DNA of 49,961 nt. It comes from an uncultured Chloroflexota bacterium. Its GTDB lineage: Bacteria > Chloroflexota > Anaerolineae > Anaerolineales > UBA4823. Below the pieces are notes generated by a model. It saw only the letters and a program-made list of their open reading frames with translations, was not told where the DNA came from and did no database searches. Each line of letters opens with the position of its first letter. Within the stretch, counting starts at the first letter, position 1. Position numbers and translations under genes: made by a program. Where the stretch lies: NCBI GenBank assembly GCA_903871905.1, contig CAIQIV010000586.1:1-49961 (forward strand), given 5' to 3'. This document shows positions 35,133 to 43,551 of this stretch, piece after piece.

Positions 35133-35219
35133 ATCTACCTTCCTGTAGCAGTAAAATGGGTTGTATAATTCTGATTGCGGGTGTCAATTATAGCACCAGT
35201 ATGAGAGGAGAGGGAGCAG

Positions 35220-36116
35220 ATGAAGCCGCGGTTGGCATTCGTATTGAGCGGCGGCGGCGGGCGTGGTGCACTGCAGGTTGGTGCGCTGCGTGCCTTGTTT
35301 GAAGCCGGTATTTTCCCGGAAATGTTAGTGGGGACCTCGATTGGAGCAGCCAATGCAGCATTTATCGCGCTGCACGGCATGAGCCTGGGCAGTGTAGACC
35401 GGCTGGTTGAAGTTTGGCACTCGGCAGCGCAGAGCGACCTGCTGCCGGCTAACTACTTTTGGCTGACTTTGAGGGCGTTATTTCGTTGGCCGGCCACGGA
35501 TACCACCTCACACCTGCGCGATTTTTTGGTCACCAATGGGCTCCGGCCGGATTTGCGCTTTGAGGACCTGACCTGTCCATTGTATGTGGTGGCTGCAGAC
35601 CTGAACTCGGGCCAGCGCGTGGTTTTCGGTGATGATCCCGGATATTCGGTTCTTGAGGGGGTGCTGGCTTCAACGGCACTTCCTCCATGGGTGGCGCCGC
35701 TGGAACGCGAAGGCCGCTGGCTGATGGATGGCGGGGCGGTGAGTAACCTGCCTCTTGAAGCGGCCATGGAGCGCGGGGCACAGCAGATCATTGCCCTGGA
35801 TCTGTCCGATTGGCGGGATATTCCTCTGGAGACGCAGGGATTTGGCCCTTTTCTGGGCAAGCTGATGACTACTGTGGAAATGCGGCATACTGAGCTGGAA
35901 CTGGCCCTGGTCCAATCCCAGGAGGTGGAAGTCCGGCATGTCCTGCTGCGTGCAGTGCAGCCTGTACCGCTGCAAGAGTTCCGTTTCTCCCTGGACCTGA
36001 TCGAACAGGGGTATGAGATTGCCTGCCGCCAGGTGCAACACTGGCAAATAGAGTATCCAGAGCCCTGGTGGAAGCGGCTGGCGCGTGTTACCCAGGAGCG
36101 AATCAGGCGATTGTGA
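35220..36116 (+). CDS. Patatin-like phospholipase
   Basis: Oxyanion GGGGRG, nucleophile GTSIGA (GxSxG) and the catalytic Asp in MDGGAV. GAGGAGAGGGAG RBS. Confidence 0.92.
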   Translation: MKPRLAFVLSGGGGRGALQVGALRALFEAGIFPEMLVGTSIGAANAAFIALHGMSLGSVDRLVEVWHSAAQSDLLPANYFWLTLRALFRWPATDTTSHLRDFLVTNGLRPDLRFEDLTCPLYVVAADLNSGQRVVFGDDPGYSVLEGVLASTALPPWVAPLEREGRWLMDGGAVSNLPLEAAMERGAQQIIALDLSDWRDIPLETQGFGPFLGKLMTTVEMRHTELELALVQSQEVEVRHVLLRAVQPVPLQEFRFSLDLIEQGYEIACRQVQHWQIEYPEPWWKRLARVTQERIRRL

Positions 36117-36187
36117 GGTGATCATCGTATATGATCGTAGTAAAATAGTGATTGGGTATTGATCAATCATACGAAGCAGGAATTTTT

Positions 36188-37060
36188 ATGAGCAGAGTGG
36201 CGGTCGTAACGGATAGCTGTGCCAGTATCCCTGAAAAGCTGCGTGATTCGCTGAATATTCAATGGGTTGCATATTATATTCACGTCGGCCAGGAAGTCCT
36301 GCGTGACCTGGCCACCGTGCAGCGAGATGAGTTTTTAAAATGGCTGGAAACTGCAAAAATCCTGCCCACTACCGCCAGCCCGGGTCCGGGCGATTATCTG
36401 CGCCTGTACGAATCGCTGGCCAAAGAGCAGGGTTTTCAGGAGATTGTGAGCATTCATATTACCTCAAAAGGCAGCAGCGCTTACCAGGCGGCGACTGTGG
36501 CGCAGTCGATGGCGCAGGAAACCCTGCCTGGTGTACGGATTGAGGTGATCGATACGCTGAACGTCTCTTTATGCCAGGGGTGGATGGTGATTGAAGCGGC
36601 GCGCGCTGCCCTGGCCGGGAAGAGCCTGGACGAGATTGCAGCCTTGATCCGGAAAATGATCCCGATTACCCGCATGATCCAGACCGCGGACACTTTGAAA
36701 TACCTGTATATGGGGGGACGTATCGGTAAAGCCCAGCAACTGATGGGGACGCTGTTGAATATTAAGCCATTGATTGGCATGGTGGATGGGGTGATAATCC
36801 CTCTGGGCCAGGCCCGCAGCCGCCAGCGGGCATACCAGATGATGGTAGAAATGGTTGAGGCAGCGGTAGGCCCCAAGGGCAAAATCAAGATTGCCTATGT
36901 ACACGCCGGGGCGCGCCAGGAGGTAGAGCGATTAAGAGACCTGGTGGAGGAACGCCTGACCGTAATTGAATCCTTTTTCGCTGAGCTTTCCCCGGCCTTA
37001 GCCGTGCATACCGGCCCTGGGACGGCAGGCCTGTGTTATTTTCCGGTTATGGAGGACTAG
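36188..37060 (+). CDS. DegV family fatty-acid-binding protein (second copy in the window)
   Basis: MSRVAVVTDSCASIP N-terminus at ATG 36188 (the ORF opens at 36152). DegV-like throughout. Its TAG stop shares the palindrome CTAG with the convergent amidase stop. Confidence 0.88.
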   Translation: MSRVAVVTDSCASIPEKLRDSLNIQWVAYYIHVGQEVLRDLATVQRDEFLKWLETAKILPTTASPGPGDYLRLYESLAKEQGFQEIVSIHITSKGSSAYQAATVAQSMAQETLPGVRIEVIDTLNVSLCQGWMVIEAARAALAGKSLDEIAALIRKMIPITRMIQTADTLKYLYMGGRIGKAQQLMGTLLNIKPLIGMVDGVIIPLGQARSRQRAYQMMVEMVEAAVGPKGKIKIAYVHAGARQEVERLRDLVEERLTVIESFFAELSPALAVHTGPGTAGLCYFPVMED

Positions 37061-38559
37061 ACGGCATTTTCTGAAATGAGTCTGGGTGGGGGATGAAAAC
37101 CTCCGGCGACCTCGGCGATCTGCCCGGCAACTGCCAGCAGGTTCATTTCATCCCAGCGTCTTCCCAATACTTGCACCCCGATGGGCAGGCCGGCACGGGT
37201 GATCTGGATAGGGATGGTTACGACCGGGTGACCGGTCAGGTTAAAGATGCCAGCACAGGCAATCCCGGCGGCAACCTGCCCCACCTGGGTACCGTCGATG
37301 TCTGTTTGCAGTCGCAGGGGGTCGCTCAACTGGTGCGGCGAAGCCTTAAGATCCTGGGGAAAGGCTGGACGTGGAAAAACCGGCGCCAGCCAGGCATCCC
37401 ATTCCTGTAGGAATTGTTCAATCTGGTTGGTCATTTCGGTCCGCAGTTCCATCAGCCGGGCTATTCCGGGGCGCAGGCAGGCCGCAGCCGCGCCCCCGAT
37501 CCATCCGCTCAGGATCGGCCTCACCGGGCGGCGCGGCGCAGGCGCCCAGGAGAACGCCAGTTGAGAGGTCCTGGTGAAGAAGTTTGCCTCGACAAAGTCC
37601 AGGCTGCTCATTAACTGGGCGCTCAATTCCCAGGCCTGCTCCAGGTTGATCCCGGGCGCGGCTTGATATTGTACCTGGGCGCCCTGATCTGCCAATTGGG
37701 CGGCAAAACTTCGCACAGCCTGGCTGACCTCAGCGTTGATCGGGAAGTCACCCCAGGTGTCGCTCCAGGCAATACGCCGCTGGTGCAGCATGCGTTGAGG
37801 GGAGGTCTGCAGCCCGGGCTTGTCTCGGTCGGCAATTGCCATCAGTGCCAGTCGCAGCCCGGCTATGGAGCGAGCCGTGGGGCCTATTGAGCGCAGCTCA
37901 CCTAAAGCCTGCCAGCCGGCAAGCCAGTGCGCTGGATCCCTGCGGGTGAGGTAACCCTGGCTGGGTACCCGTCCGGCAGTTGTTTTTAGTGCGAAAACTC
38001 CGCAGAAATGGGCAGGAATGCGCAGAGAGCCCGCCAGGTCTGAACCGATGTCCAGCGCAGTGAAGCCGGCGGCCACTGCAGCCGCGCCGCCGCTGCCTCC
38101 AGCAGTCAGGTCGGATTTCCAGGGATTAGCTGTTCTCCCAAACAGGTAATTGCTGGTTTGCTGGCTGCGGTCCTGGGGGGAAACATTGGTCTTGCCAAGG
38201 ATGATCGCCCCTGCCTGGCGCAGCCGGGAGGCGACCACTGCGTCCTGACCGGGTATGTTCTTGGAAAAAGATGGGTCGCCCGCGGTCGAGCGCAGGCCCT
38301 GGGTTTCGAAGTTATCTTTCAGGGTGATGGGAACCCCGTGCAGCGGTCCCCAGGTTTCCCCGGCTGCCAGCGTCCGATCTGCTTCGCGGGCGCGCTGCAG
38401 GGCGCCCATCTCATCCAGCGTGGCAATGGCATTGATCGCCGGGTTATGGCGGGTGATCTGCGCCAGGTAGGCCTGGACGGACTCCTCTGCCGACACCTGG
38501 CGCTCGCGAATTGCCTGGGCAAGCTGGCTGGCGGGTAGAAAGACCAGGTCGCTGTTCAA
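37057..38559 (-). CDS. Amidase-signature family amidase (GatA-like fold)
   Basis: 500 aa. ITLKDNF (Lys), GGSGGAAAVAAG and GSDLAGSLRIPA signature. TTG start overlaps the upstream stop (TTGA). Confidence 0.9.
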   Translation of the reverse strand: MNSDLVFLPASQLAQAIRERQVSAEESVQAYLAQITRHNPAINAIATLDEMGALQRAREADRTLAAGETWGPLHGVPITLKDNFETQGLRSTAGDPSFSKNIPGQDAVVASRLRQAGAIILGKTNVSPQDRSQQTSNYLFGRTANPWKSDLTAGGSGGAAAVAAGFTALDIGSDLAGSLRIPAHFCGVFALKTTAGRVPSQGYLTRRDPAHWLAGWQALGELRSIGPTARSIAGLRLALMAIADRDKPGLQTSPQRMLHQRRIAWSDTWGDFPINAEVSQAVRSFAAQLADQGAQVQYQAAPGINLEQAWELSAQLMSSLDFVEANFFTRTSQLAFSWAPAPRRPVRPILSGWIGGAAAACLRPGIARLMELRTEMTNQIEQFLQEWDAWLAPVFPRPAFPQDLKASPHQLSDPLRLQTDIDGTQVGQVAAGIACAGIFNLTGHPVVTIPIQITRAGLPIGVQVLGRRWDEMNLLAVAGQIAEVAGGFHPPPRLISENAV

Positions 38560-39980
38560 GAAGGCGGCTGCACTTCCGCCGGCATTGGGCAGTGATAGGG
38601 CGTTTCTTGCATGGCAAGCTCAAACTCCTCACGCGCTTTTTGAATATGAAGCGGGTTATCGAGCAGGTCCACCGCGGTGAGAGCCATGATCCTGGCAGCA
38701 TGCAGCATGCCTTTGTGCCCGATAGACATGCCGGCCGCGGCGGCAAAGCCCCACCCATGAGCCGGCGCCCCGGTAGGAGCACAGGTGGTGCGCAGCAGGC
38801 TGAGCGGGGCAACCCGGCTCAAGTCGCCTACATCCGTCGAGCTGGTGCGAATGGCGCCTTCGTCCAGGCTGGGGAAGTTCTCGGAGATCAGGGCGCGGCC
38901 GCGAAACCTGGCCAGCAGCTCGCCGTAGCCCGCCGGTGGGCGCAGCGTTTTGAACAGGGCTTCCACGTTCCCGGCTGGGTAGCGATCATTGATCCCCTGG
39001 GCAAAAGCCAGCTCTTCTGGGGTATACTCGATCGGGCCTATCCATTTCATCGCTTCGTACTGCAAATCTGCCAGGTAATGGTTATTGAGCAGGCTGGAAA
39101 AGGCAGAATCGAAGATGATTTCCATTTGTGTCTCGGTCATCATCGCAGCCCCCGCCGCGACTTTGCGCACGCGCTCGGTGACCTGTTCCAGCGTGTCCGG
39201 TTGGTGCGCCCTGATCAGGTAAGAAACCTCAGCCTCAGCCGGAACGATATTGGGAGCATCCCCGCCATGCGTGATAGCATAGTGTATGCGGACGTCTGAG
39301 GTGACGTGTTCACGCAGATAATTGACCCCTACGTTCATCAGCTCAACTGCGTCCAGGGCGGAGCGTCCCAGGTGCGGCGCGCTCCCGGCATGGGCAGCGA
39401 TGCCATGGAAGCGGAAACGCAGATGGTAGATACCCAGGTTGCTGCCTTTCATGGCGTAATTTGCCTGGTCCGGGTGGAAGTTCAGGGCGGCATCCAGGTC
39501 ATCGAATGTCCCGGCGCGCGCCATGAATGTCTTGGCGCCGCCTCCCTCTTCCGCCGGGCAGCCGTAATAGCGCAGGGTACCCGGTTTCCCGTTTGCCTCC
39601 AGCCAGTAACGAGCCGCCGCCGCGGCTGCCAGGCAGCCGGTTCCCAGCAGGTTGTGCCCGCAGCCGTGCCCGGGACCGCCAGGGACAACCGGCTCTGGAG
39701 ATGTCTGGACTTTCTGGGATAAGCCAGGCAGGGCATCATACTCCCCCGCAAAGCCAAGCACCGGCCTGCCGCTGCCCCACCCGGCGCAAAAGGCGGTTGG
39801 CATCCCTGCCACGTTCCAGGTGATTCGGAAGCCCTGGCTCTCCAGGTAATCGGCCTGCAGTCGCGAAGAGAACACCTCTTCCCAGGCAAGCTCCGGCCTG
39901 GCCCAGATTTGATTGGCAAGATGGATGAATTCATCTGCATGTTCGCCCAACCAGCGAATGACGTCTTGTTTGGTCTTCAA
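38556..39980 (-). CDS. M20-family amidohydrolase, AbgB (aminobenzoyl-glutamate hydrolase subunit B)-like
   Basis: IWARPELAWEE, GEYDALPGLSQ and GHGCGHNLLG motifs. The ORF opens at TTG 40007, but AGGAGA (39986-39991) lies 5 nt before TTG 39980, and that start gives an AbgB-like N-terminus. Confidence 0.85.
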   Translation of the reverse strand: MKTKQDVIRWLGEHADEFIHLANQIWARPELAWEEVFSSRLQADYLESQGFRITWNVAGMPTAFCAGWGSGRPVLGFAGEYDALPGLSQKVQTSPEPVVPGGPGHGCGHNLLGTGCLAAAAAARYWLEANGKPGTLRYYGCPAEEGGGAKTFMARAGTFDDLDAALNFHPDQANYAMKGSNLGIYHLRFRFHGIAAHAGSAPHLGRSALDAVELMNVGVNYLREHVTSDVRIHYAITHGGDAPNIVPAEAEVSYLIRAHQPDTLEQVTERVRKVAAGAAMMTETQMEIIFDSAFSSLLNNHYLADLQYEAMKWIGPIEYTPEELAFAQGINDRYPAGNVEALFKTLRPPAGYGELLARFRGRALISENFPSLDEGAIRTSSTDVGDLSRVAPLSLLRTTCAPTGAPAHGWGFAAAAGMSIGHKGMLHAARIMALTAVDLLDNPLHIQKAREEFELAMQETPYHCPMPAEVQPPS

Positions 39981-40051
39981 CCTATTCTCCTGAAGCTGGA
40001 ATAACAACTGAATTATAACTTAAGCGAAGATTGGCGTTTGCCTGCTTTGCC

Positions 40052-40079
40052 TTGACAGGTTGTGCCTGGTTTATATAAT
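40052..40079 (+). promoter_or_regulatory. Consensus sigma70 promoter for the MFS transporter gene
   Basis: TTGACA (40052-40057), a 16-nt spacer, then TATAAT (40074-40079). This implies a leader of about 105 nt. Confidence 0.65.
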
Positions 40080-40192
40080 CAGGTGCGGAATAGTCTGAAA
40101 TGTGTGGAGAAGATCCGGCGGTTCTGTCCGGAGGGAGAAAGGGGCATGTCATCCTGGACCACCATTGATATTGGAGGAAGGAGATTTTGTAG

Positions 40193-41593
40193 ATGAGTGA
40201 ACATGACAGCCCTGTGGCGGAGGGACAGAAGGAGCGCCTGGATTTTAAAAAAGCCCTGCCGATTTTTGTGATTGTGCTGATCGACCTGTTGGGGCTGACG
40301 GTGATTATTCCCCTGCTGCCGCTGTACGCCGCTTCGTATGGCGCGGCCCCGTGGTTGATCGGCGTACTGGGTGCTACGTACCCGGTTATGCAGTTCATCG
40401 GCGCCCCTGTTCTTGGCCGGCTGTCTGACCGCTACGGCCGCCGTCCCATTTTACTGGTCTCCCAATTAGGAACCTTCATTGGGTTTCTGGTATTGGGAGC
40501 AGCCCACAGCCTGCTGGGGCTGTTCCTGTCGCGCATCATTGACGGCCTGTCCGGGGCAAATATCTCCACCGCCCAGGCAGCGATCAGTGACATTACCACG
40601 GATAAGACGCGCACCCAGGGGCTAGGCCTGATTGGAGCGGCTTTTGGCCTGGGATTTGTTGCCGGTCCAATCATTACCTTTGCCGCCCTGCATTTCAGTG
40701 GGAATGACTACCGGGTCCCGGCATTTGTGGCCGCGGGTTTTTCACTGCTCTCGATTTTGCTGACCTGGTTCTGGCTGCCGGAAACGCGGCAGGCGGGTGT
40801 TACAGGCTCGGCCCCGGTAAAGTCGCCGTTCTCCATGCAGGCTATGCTGCAGGCGGTCAGCCATCCGCAGGTTGGCCTGCTGTTGGTGCTGATTTTTGCC
40901 CAGCAGATTGCCTTCGGAGGGTTTGAGCAGATGCTGGCGCTGTTCACGCTGAGCAACCTGGGGATGAATGCCTCGGCAAATGCGGTGATTTTTGTCTTTG
41001 TGGGAATCCTGGTGGTCCTGGTCCAGGGAGGTTTTATTGGCCCCTGGAGCCGCAGGCTGGGGGACAGGCGGTTGATTTTGATCGGGCTGGTGCTGCTGGC
41101 GGCCGGGTTGGTGCTGACTGGGCTGACCCCTGCACAGCCAATGCCGGGCTATTCGCGACCGGCATTGGCGCAGGAGATGCAGGCAAGTGGAGAAGGCGGC
41201 GCGCCGGGAGATACTGTCAGCCATGGCCTGGCGGTTGACCTGCCGGATGACCAGCATAACGGTTGGATGGGGATTGCCTGGATCCTGGCGGCCATGATCC
41301 CGGCTTCGGTGGGCAGCGCGCTGCTGCACCCCAGTATCAACAGCCTGATCACCAGGCGGGTGACGCGGGATGAGATTGGCGGCATCCTGGGGGTATCTGC
41401 TGGGTTCTTGAGCCTGGCCAACGCCCTGGCGCCGCTGCTGGCTGGGGCGATCTTCCAGGCATTCGGCCCGCGGGCCCCGTTTATGTTGGGAGGGGTAATG
41501 CTTGCGCTGCTGTTTTTTGTCGCCCTGCGGGGCATTCAGACCGGCCGTGAAGAGGGGGCGCAGCCGGCTCTGCCTGCTGAACCAGCCGGCTGA
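40193..41593 (+). CDS. MFS transporter (12-14 TM)
   Basis: 466 aa. MFS motif A GRLSDRYGRRPILL, with many TM helices. GGAGGAAGGAG RBS. Confidence 0.93.
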   Translation: MSEHDSPVAEGQKERLDFKKALPIFVIVLIDLLGLTVIIPLLPLYAASYGAAPWLIGVLGATYPVMQFIGAPVLGRLSDRYGRRPILLVSQLGTFIGFLVLGAAHSLLGLFLSRIIDGLSGANISTAQAAISDITTDKTRTQGLGLIGAAFGLGFVAGPIITFAALHFSGNDYRVPAFVAAGFSLLSILLTWFWLPETRQAGVTGSAPVKSPFSMQAMLQAVSHPQVGLLLVLIFAQQIAFGGFEQMLALFTLSNLGMNASANAVIFVFVGILVVLVQGGFIGPWSRRLGDRRLILIGLVLLAAGLVLTGLTPAQPMPGYSRPALAQEMQASGEGGAPGDTVSHGLAVDLPDDQHNGWMGIAWILAAMIPASVGSALLHPSINSLITRRVTRDEIGGILGVSAGFLSLANALAPLLAGAIFQAFGPRAPFMLGGVMLALLFFVALRGIQTGREEGAQPALPAEPAG

Positions 41594-41625
41594 ACAGCCT
41601 GCAGCAAAGAATATGAAAAAGTGTT

Positions 41626-41658
41626 GGGACGCGGCGCAGAAACCTGCTGCCGCGTCCC
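41626..41658. terminator. Bidirectional terminator between convergent MFS and ArsR-family genes
   Basis: Perfect 10-bp stem GGGACGCGGC / GCCGCGTCCC. The plus-strand tail is ATTTCT and the minus-strand tail is AACACTTTTTC. Confidence 0.65.
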
Positions 41659-41678
41659 ATTTCTGTCCAGGCTGGGTA

Positions 41679-42296
41679 TCAACTGCTGTTACGCTGCCAG
41701 GGCTGCCAGGTCACCTGGGGCGGGTCGTTGCGCCAGTATTCACCGCCCCCGCCCTGCCGGCTCATCAGGCCAAATTCCACCAGGTTGCGCCGCAGCCCGG
41801 CGGTGTCCTCGTGGAATTTTGACAGGATCTCGTTCACCTGTTTTTCGCTGTAGCGCACACCCGGATCGAAGGAGCGCACCACGTAGCGCAGGATGGCTTC
41901 ATACTTCTTCTGCTGCACAGGGAAGCTTTTGATGCGCCCCTCTTGCGTCAGGTAATTGTGCAGCACCTTGCGATCATAGGCGTCGGTGTCGACATCGGCA
42001 GCCGCTGGTGCAGGGAGCTCCTCGCGGGTCAGCAGGCGCTGCGCCATGGTTTCCAGGGCCTTGGTTTCCAACTGGTAGATGCTGTAATAGCCTTCGGCGC
42101 GGGCACTGACCAGGCCCACCCGGCTCAAGCGGGCCAGGTGATGCGAGACGGTGGAAGGGTGGATTTGCAGAATTTCTGCGATTTGTTCCACGCTCAGCGG
42201 CTCGCGTGCCAGCAAGCCGACGATCTTTAATCGGTTAGCGTCGGCCAGGGCTTTAAAGAAAGCCAGCAGCTCAGTGGAGGTGTTTGGATCGTCCAT
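41679..42296 (-). CDS. ArsR/SmtB-family HTH regulator fused to a DUF2087-type C-terminal domain
   Basis: FKALADANRLKIVGLLAREPLSVEQIAEILQIHPSTVSHHLARLSRVGLV, then GRIKSFPVQQKKYEAILRYVV..YSEKQVNEIL. GGAGAT RBS. Confidence 0.88.
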   Translation of the reverse strand: MDDPNTSTELLAFFKALADANRLKIVGLLAREPLSVEQIAEILQIHPSTVSHHLARLSRVGLVSARAEGYYSIYQLETKALETMAQRLLTREELPAPAAADVDTDAYDRKVLHNYLTQEGRIKSFPVQQKKYEAILRYVVRSFDPGVRYSEKQVNEILSKFHEDTAGLRRNLVEFGLMSRQGGGGEYWRNDPPQVTWQPWQRNSS

Positions 42297-42312
42297 TATT
42301 AAATCTCCGTGA

Positions 42313-42340
42313 AATTAATTTGATATTCATCAAATTAATT
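42313..42340. promoter_or_regulatory. 12-4-12 perfect inverted repeat, operator candidate for the ArsR-family repressor
   Basis: AATTAATTTGAT (42313-42324), ATTC, then ATCAAATTAATT (42329-42340). Lies between the -10 box and the start codon of the ArsR-family gene. Confidence 0.5.
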
Positions 42341-42365
42341 ATACTCATATCGTTTTTTTTGTCAA
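42338..42365 (-). promoter_or_regulatory. Consensus sigma70 promoter of the ArsR-family gene
   Basis: On the minus strand: TTGACA (42365-42360), a 16-nt spacer, then TATAAT (42343-42338). Confidence 0.7.
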
Positions 42366-42433
42366 GAGGTGAGCCAACAAGCCATGATCCTGGCGGCCCG
42401 TTTAGGAATCCCCCGGAAGGGTCACCTGGGTGT

Positions 42434-42470
42434 AGAAAACAAGCAGCGCGGGGAATTTTTCACCCGCGCT
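42434..42470 (-). terminator. Intrinsic terminator closing the 48780-42517 gene cluster
   Basis: AGCGCGGG (42445-42452) / CCCGCGCT (42463-42470). The minus-strand tail is GCTTGTTTTCT. Confidence 0.6.
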
Positions 42471-42516
42471 GGGATAGTTCTGGTAATACCTGGCCAGAGA
42501 ACAGCTGTACGTCAGC

Positions 42517-43452
42517 TCATGCCTGGCGGTCGATGCGGCTGTAAAACAGCATCTGCTCCGTGGTCTGCTTGATCTGCATCGAGAAGATGCCGGATGGGCT
42601 GTAGCTGGGCTTGAGTCCGGTGGTCTGGCCCCAGACCAGGCGGCCGGAGACATCGAACCAATCGTTGCCATCGCCGCCGGCATACACGGCATCCCCCATG
42701 GGGGTCAGGCTGAGCGCGCTGCTGGCGTCATCCCGTACGCTGGAGGCAAACAGCCCGCCCTCTTCACTCCATTCTTTGGATCCCGCGCCAAGGGCCTTGA
42801 TGTGCTGTGAGCCTTTAAAGATGTCCACTTGCTCGATGATGCCATTATCCTTGGCGGTGAAGGTCACCCGGGTGCCGTCTTCCAGCATCAGCGTGGTGTG
42901 CGAGTCGCTGGATTTCAGGTCAGAAAACTCACCGTTGCGGTTGCCTTCCTGGTCCGAGGTATCGACATGTGGGTCGCCCCAGATGGTGGTGCTTTTGTTG
43001 GACCATTTGTCGATGATGCTGAAGGTTGATCCATCTTTGAATTCGAAAGCATAGCGGTCACTTTCCGCCAGGTTGCGGTTGCGCACCACCAGACCCTGCA
43101 CCGGGGCCCAGGATTTGAACTCAATCGAGATTTCGGTGGTCGTCCGGGTAGCGGCCACCATCTGTTCCTGGCGCACAACCTGGGAAGGGGGCTCCTTGCG
43201 CAGATCATCCAGGCGGCGGATCAGGTCTGCCAGCCGGATGCGGTTGTCATCCCGCGCGGCTGCCCGCTGGCTACCATTCTCCACGCGCCTGGCGCCGGGA
43301 TCGAGCAGCGCCCTTTCTTCATCCATCAATTCTTTGGCTGATTTTGTTTTTACTTTTTTCCCCGCGCGCCGGGCGGCGGCCTGTTCATTCAATAGCAACA
43401 TCCGCCTTACGACCATCCAATTTGCCAGAGAGTCATCAACTCCGAGAGCCAT
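42517..43452 (-). CDS. Hypothetical protein with WGDPHVD motif (DUF1521 / metal-inducible autocleavage-like)
   Basis: The ORF opens at TTG 43473, but ATG 43452 has GGAGGTG 4 nt upstream. WGDPHVD is encoded at 42981-42961. No signal peptide. Confidence 0.65.
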   Translation of the reverse strand: MALGVDDSLANWMVVRRMLLLNEQAAARRAGKKVKTKSAKELMDEERALLDPGARRVENGSQRAAARDDNRIRLADLIRRLDDLRKEPPSQVVRQEQMVAATRTTTEISIEFKSWAPVQGLVVRNRNLAESDRYAFEFKDGSTFSIIDKWSNKSTTIWGDPHVDTSDQEGNRNGEFSDLKSSDSHTTLMLEDGTRVTFTAKDNGIIEQVDIFKGSQHIKALGAGSKEWSEEGGLFASSVRDDASSALSLTPMGDAVYAGGDGNDWFDVSGRLVWGQTTGLKPSYSPSGIFSMQIKQTTEQMLFYSRIDRQA

Positions 43453-43551
43453 CGTCCACCTCCATGCGGACAAATACGCATCCTGCTATGTTCTGTTATC
43501 GACCGGGTGGACAGAAACTTTAGTGAGTTTGGGCTCAATTACAGTTGAAGA

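Noticed and set aside
37057-37060. Convergent degV-like and amidase genes share a palindromic CTAG for their stop codons.
   Set aside because: This is a curiosity of tight packing, with no functional implication that I can support.
38511-39299. 262-aa plus-strand ORF antisense to the M20 hydrolase gene.
   Set aside because: A shadow ORF. The minus-strand frame carries clear M20/AbgB motifs.
40086-40192. MFS leader considered as a guanidine (ykkC or mini-ykkC) or other known riboswitch.
   Set aside because: It lacks the conserved GGUCCGAGAG/ACGR-type elements. Only a short generic hairpin is visible.
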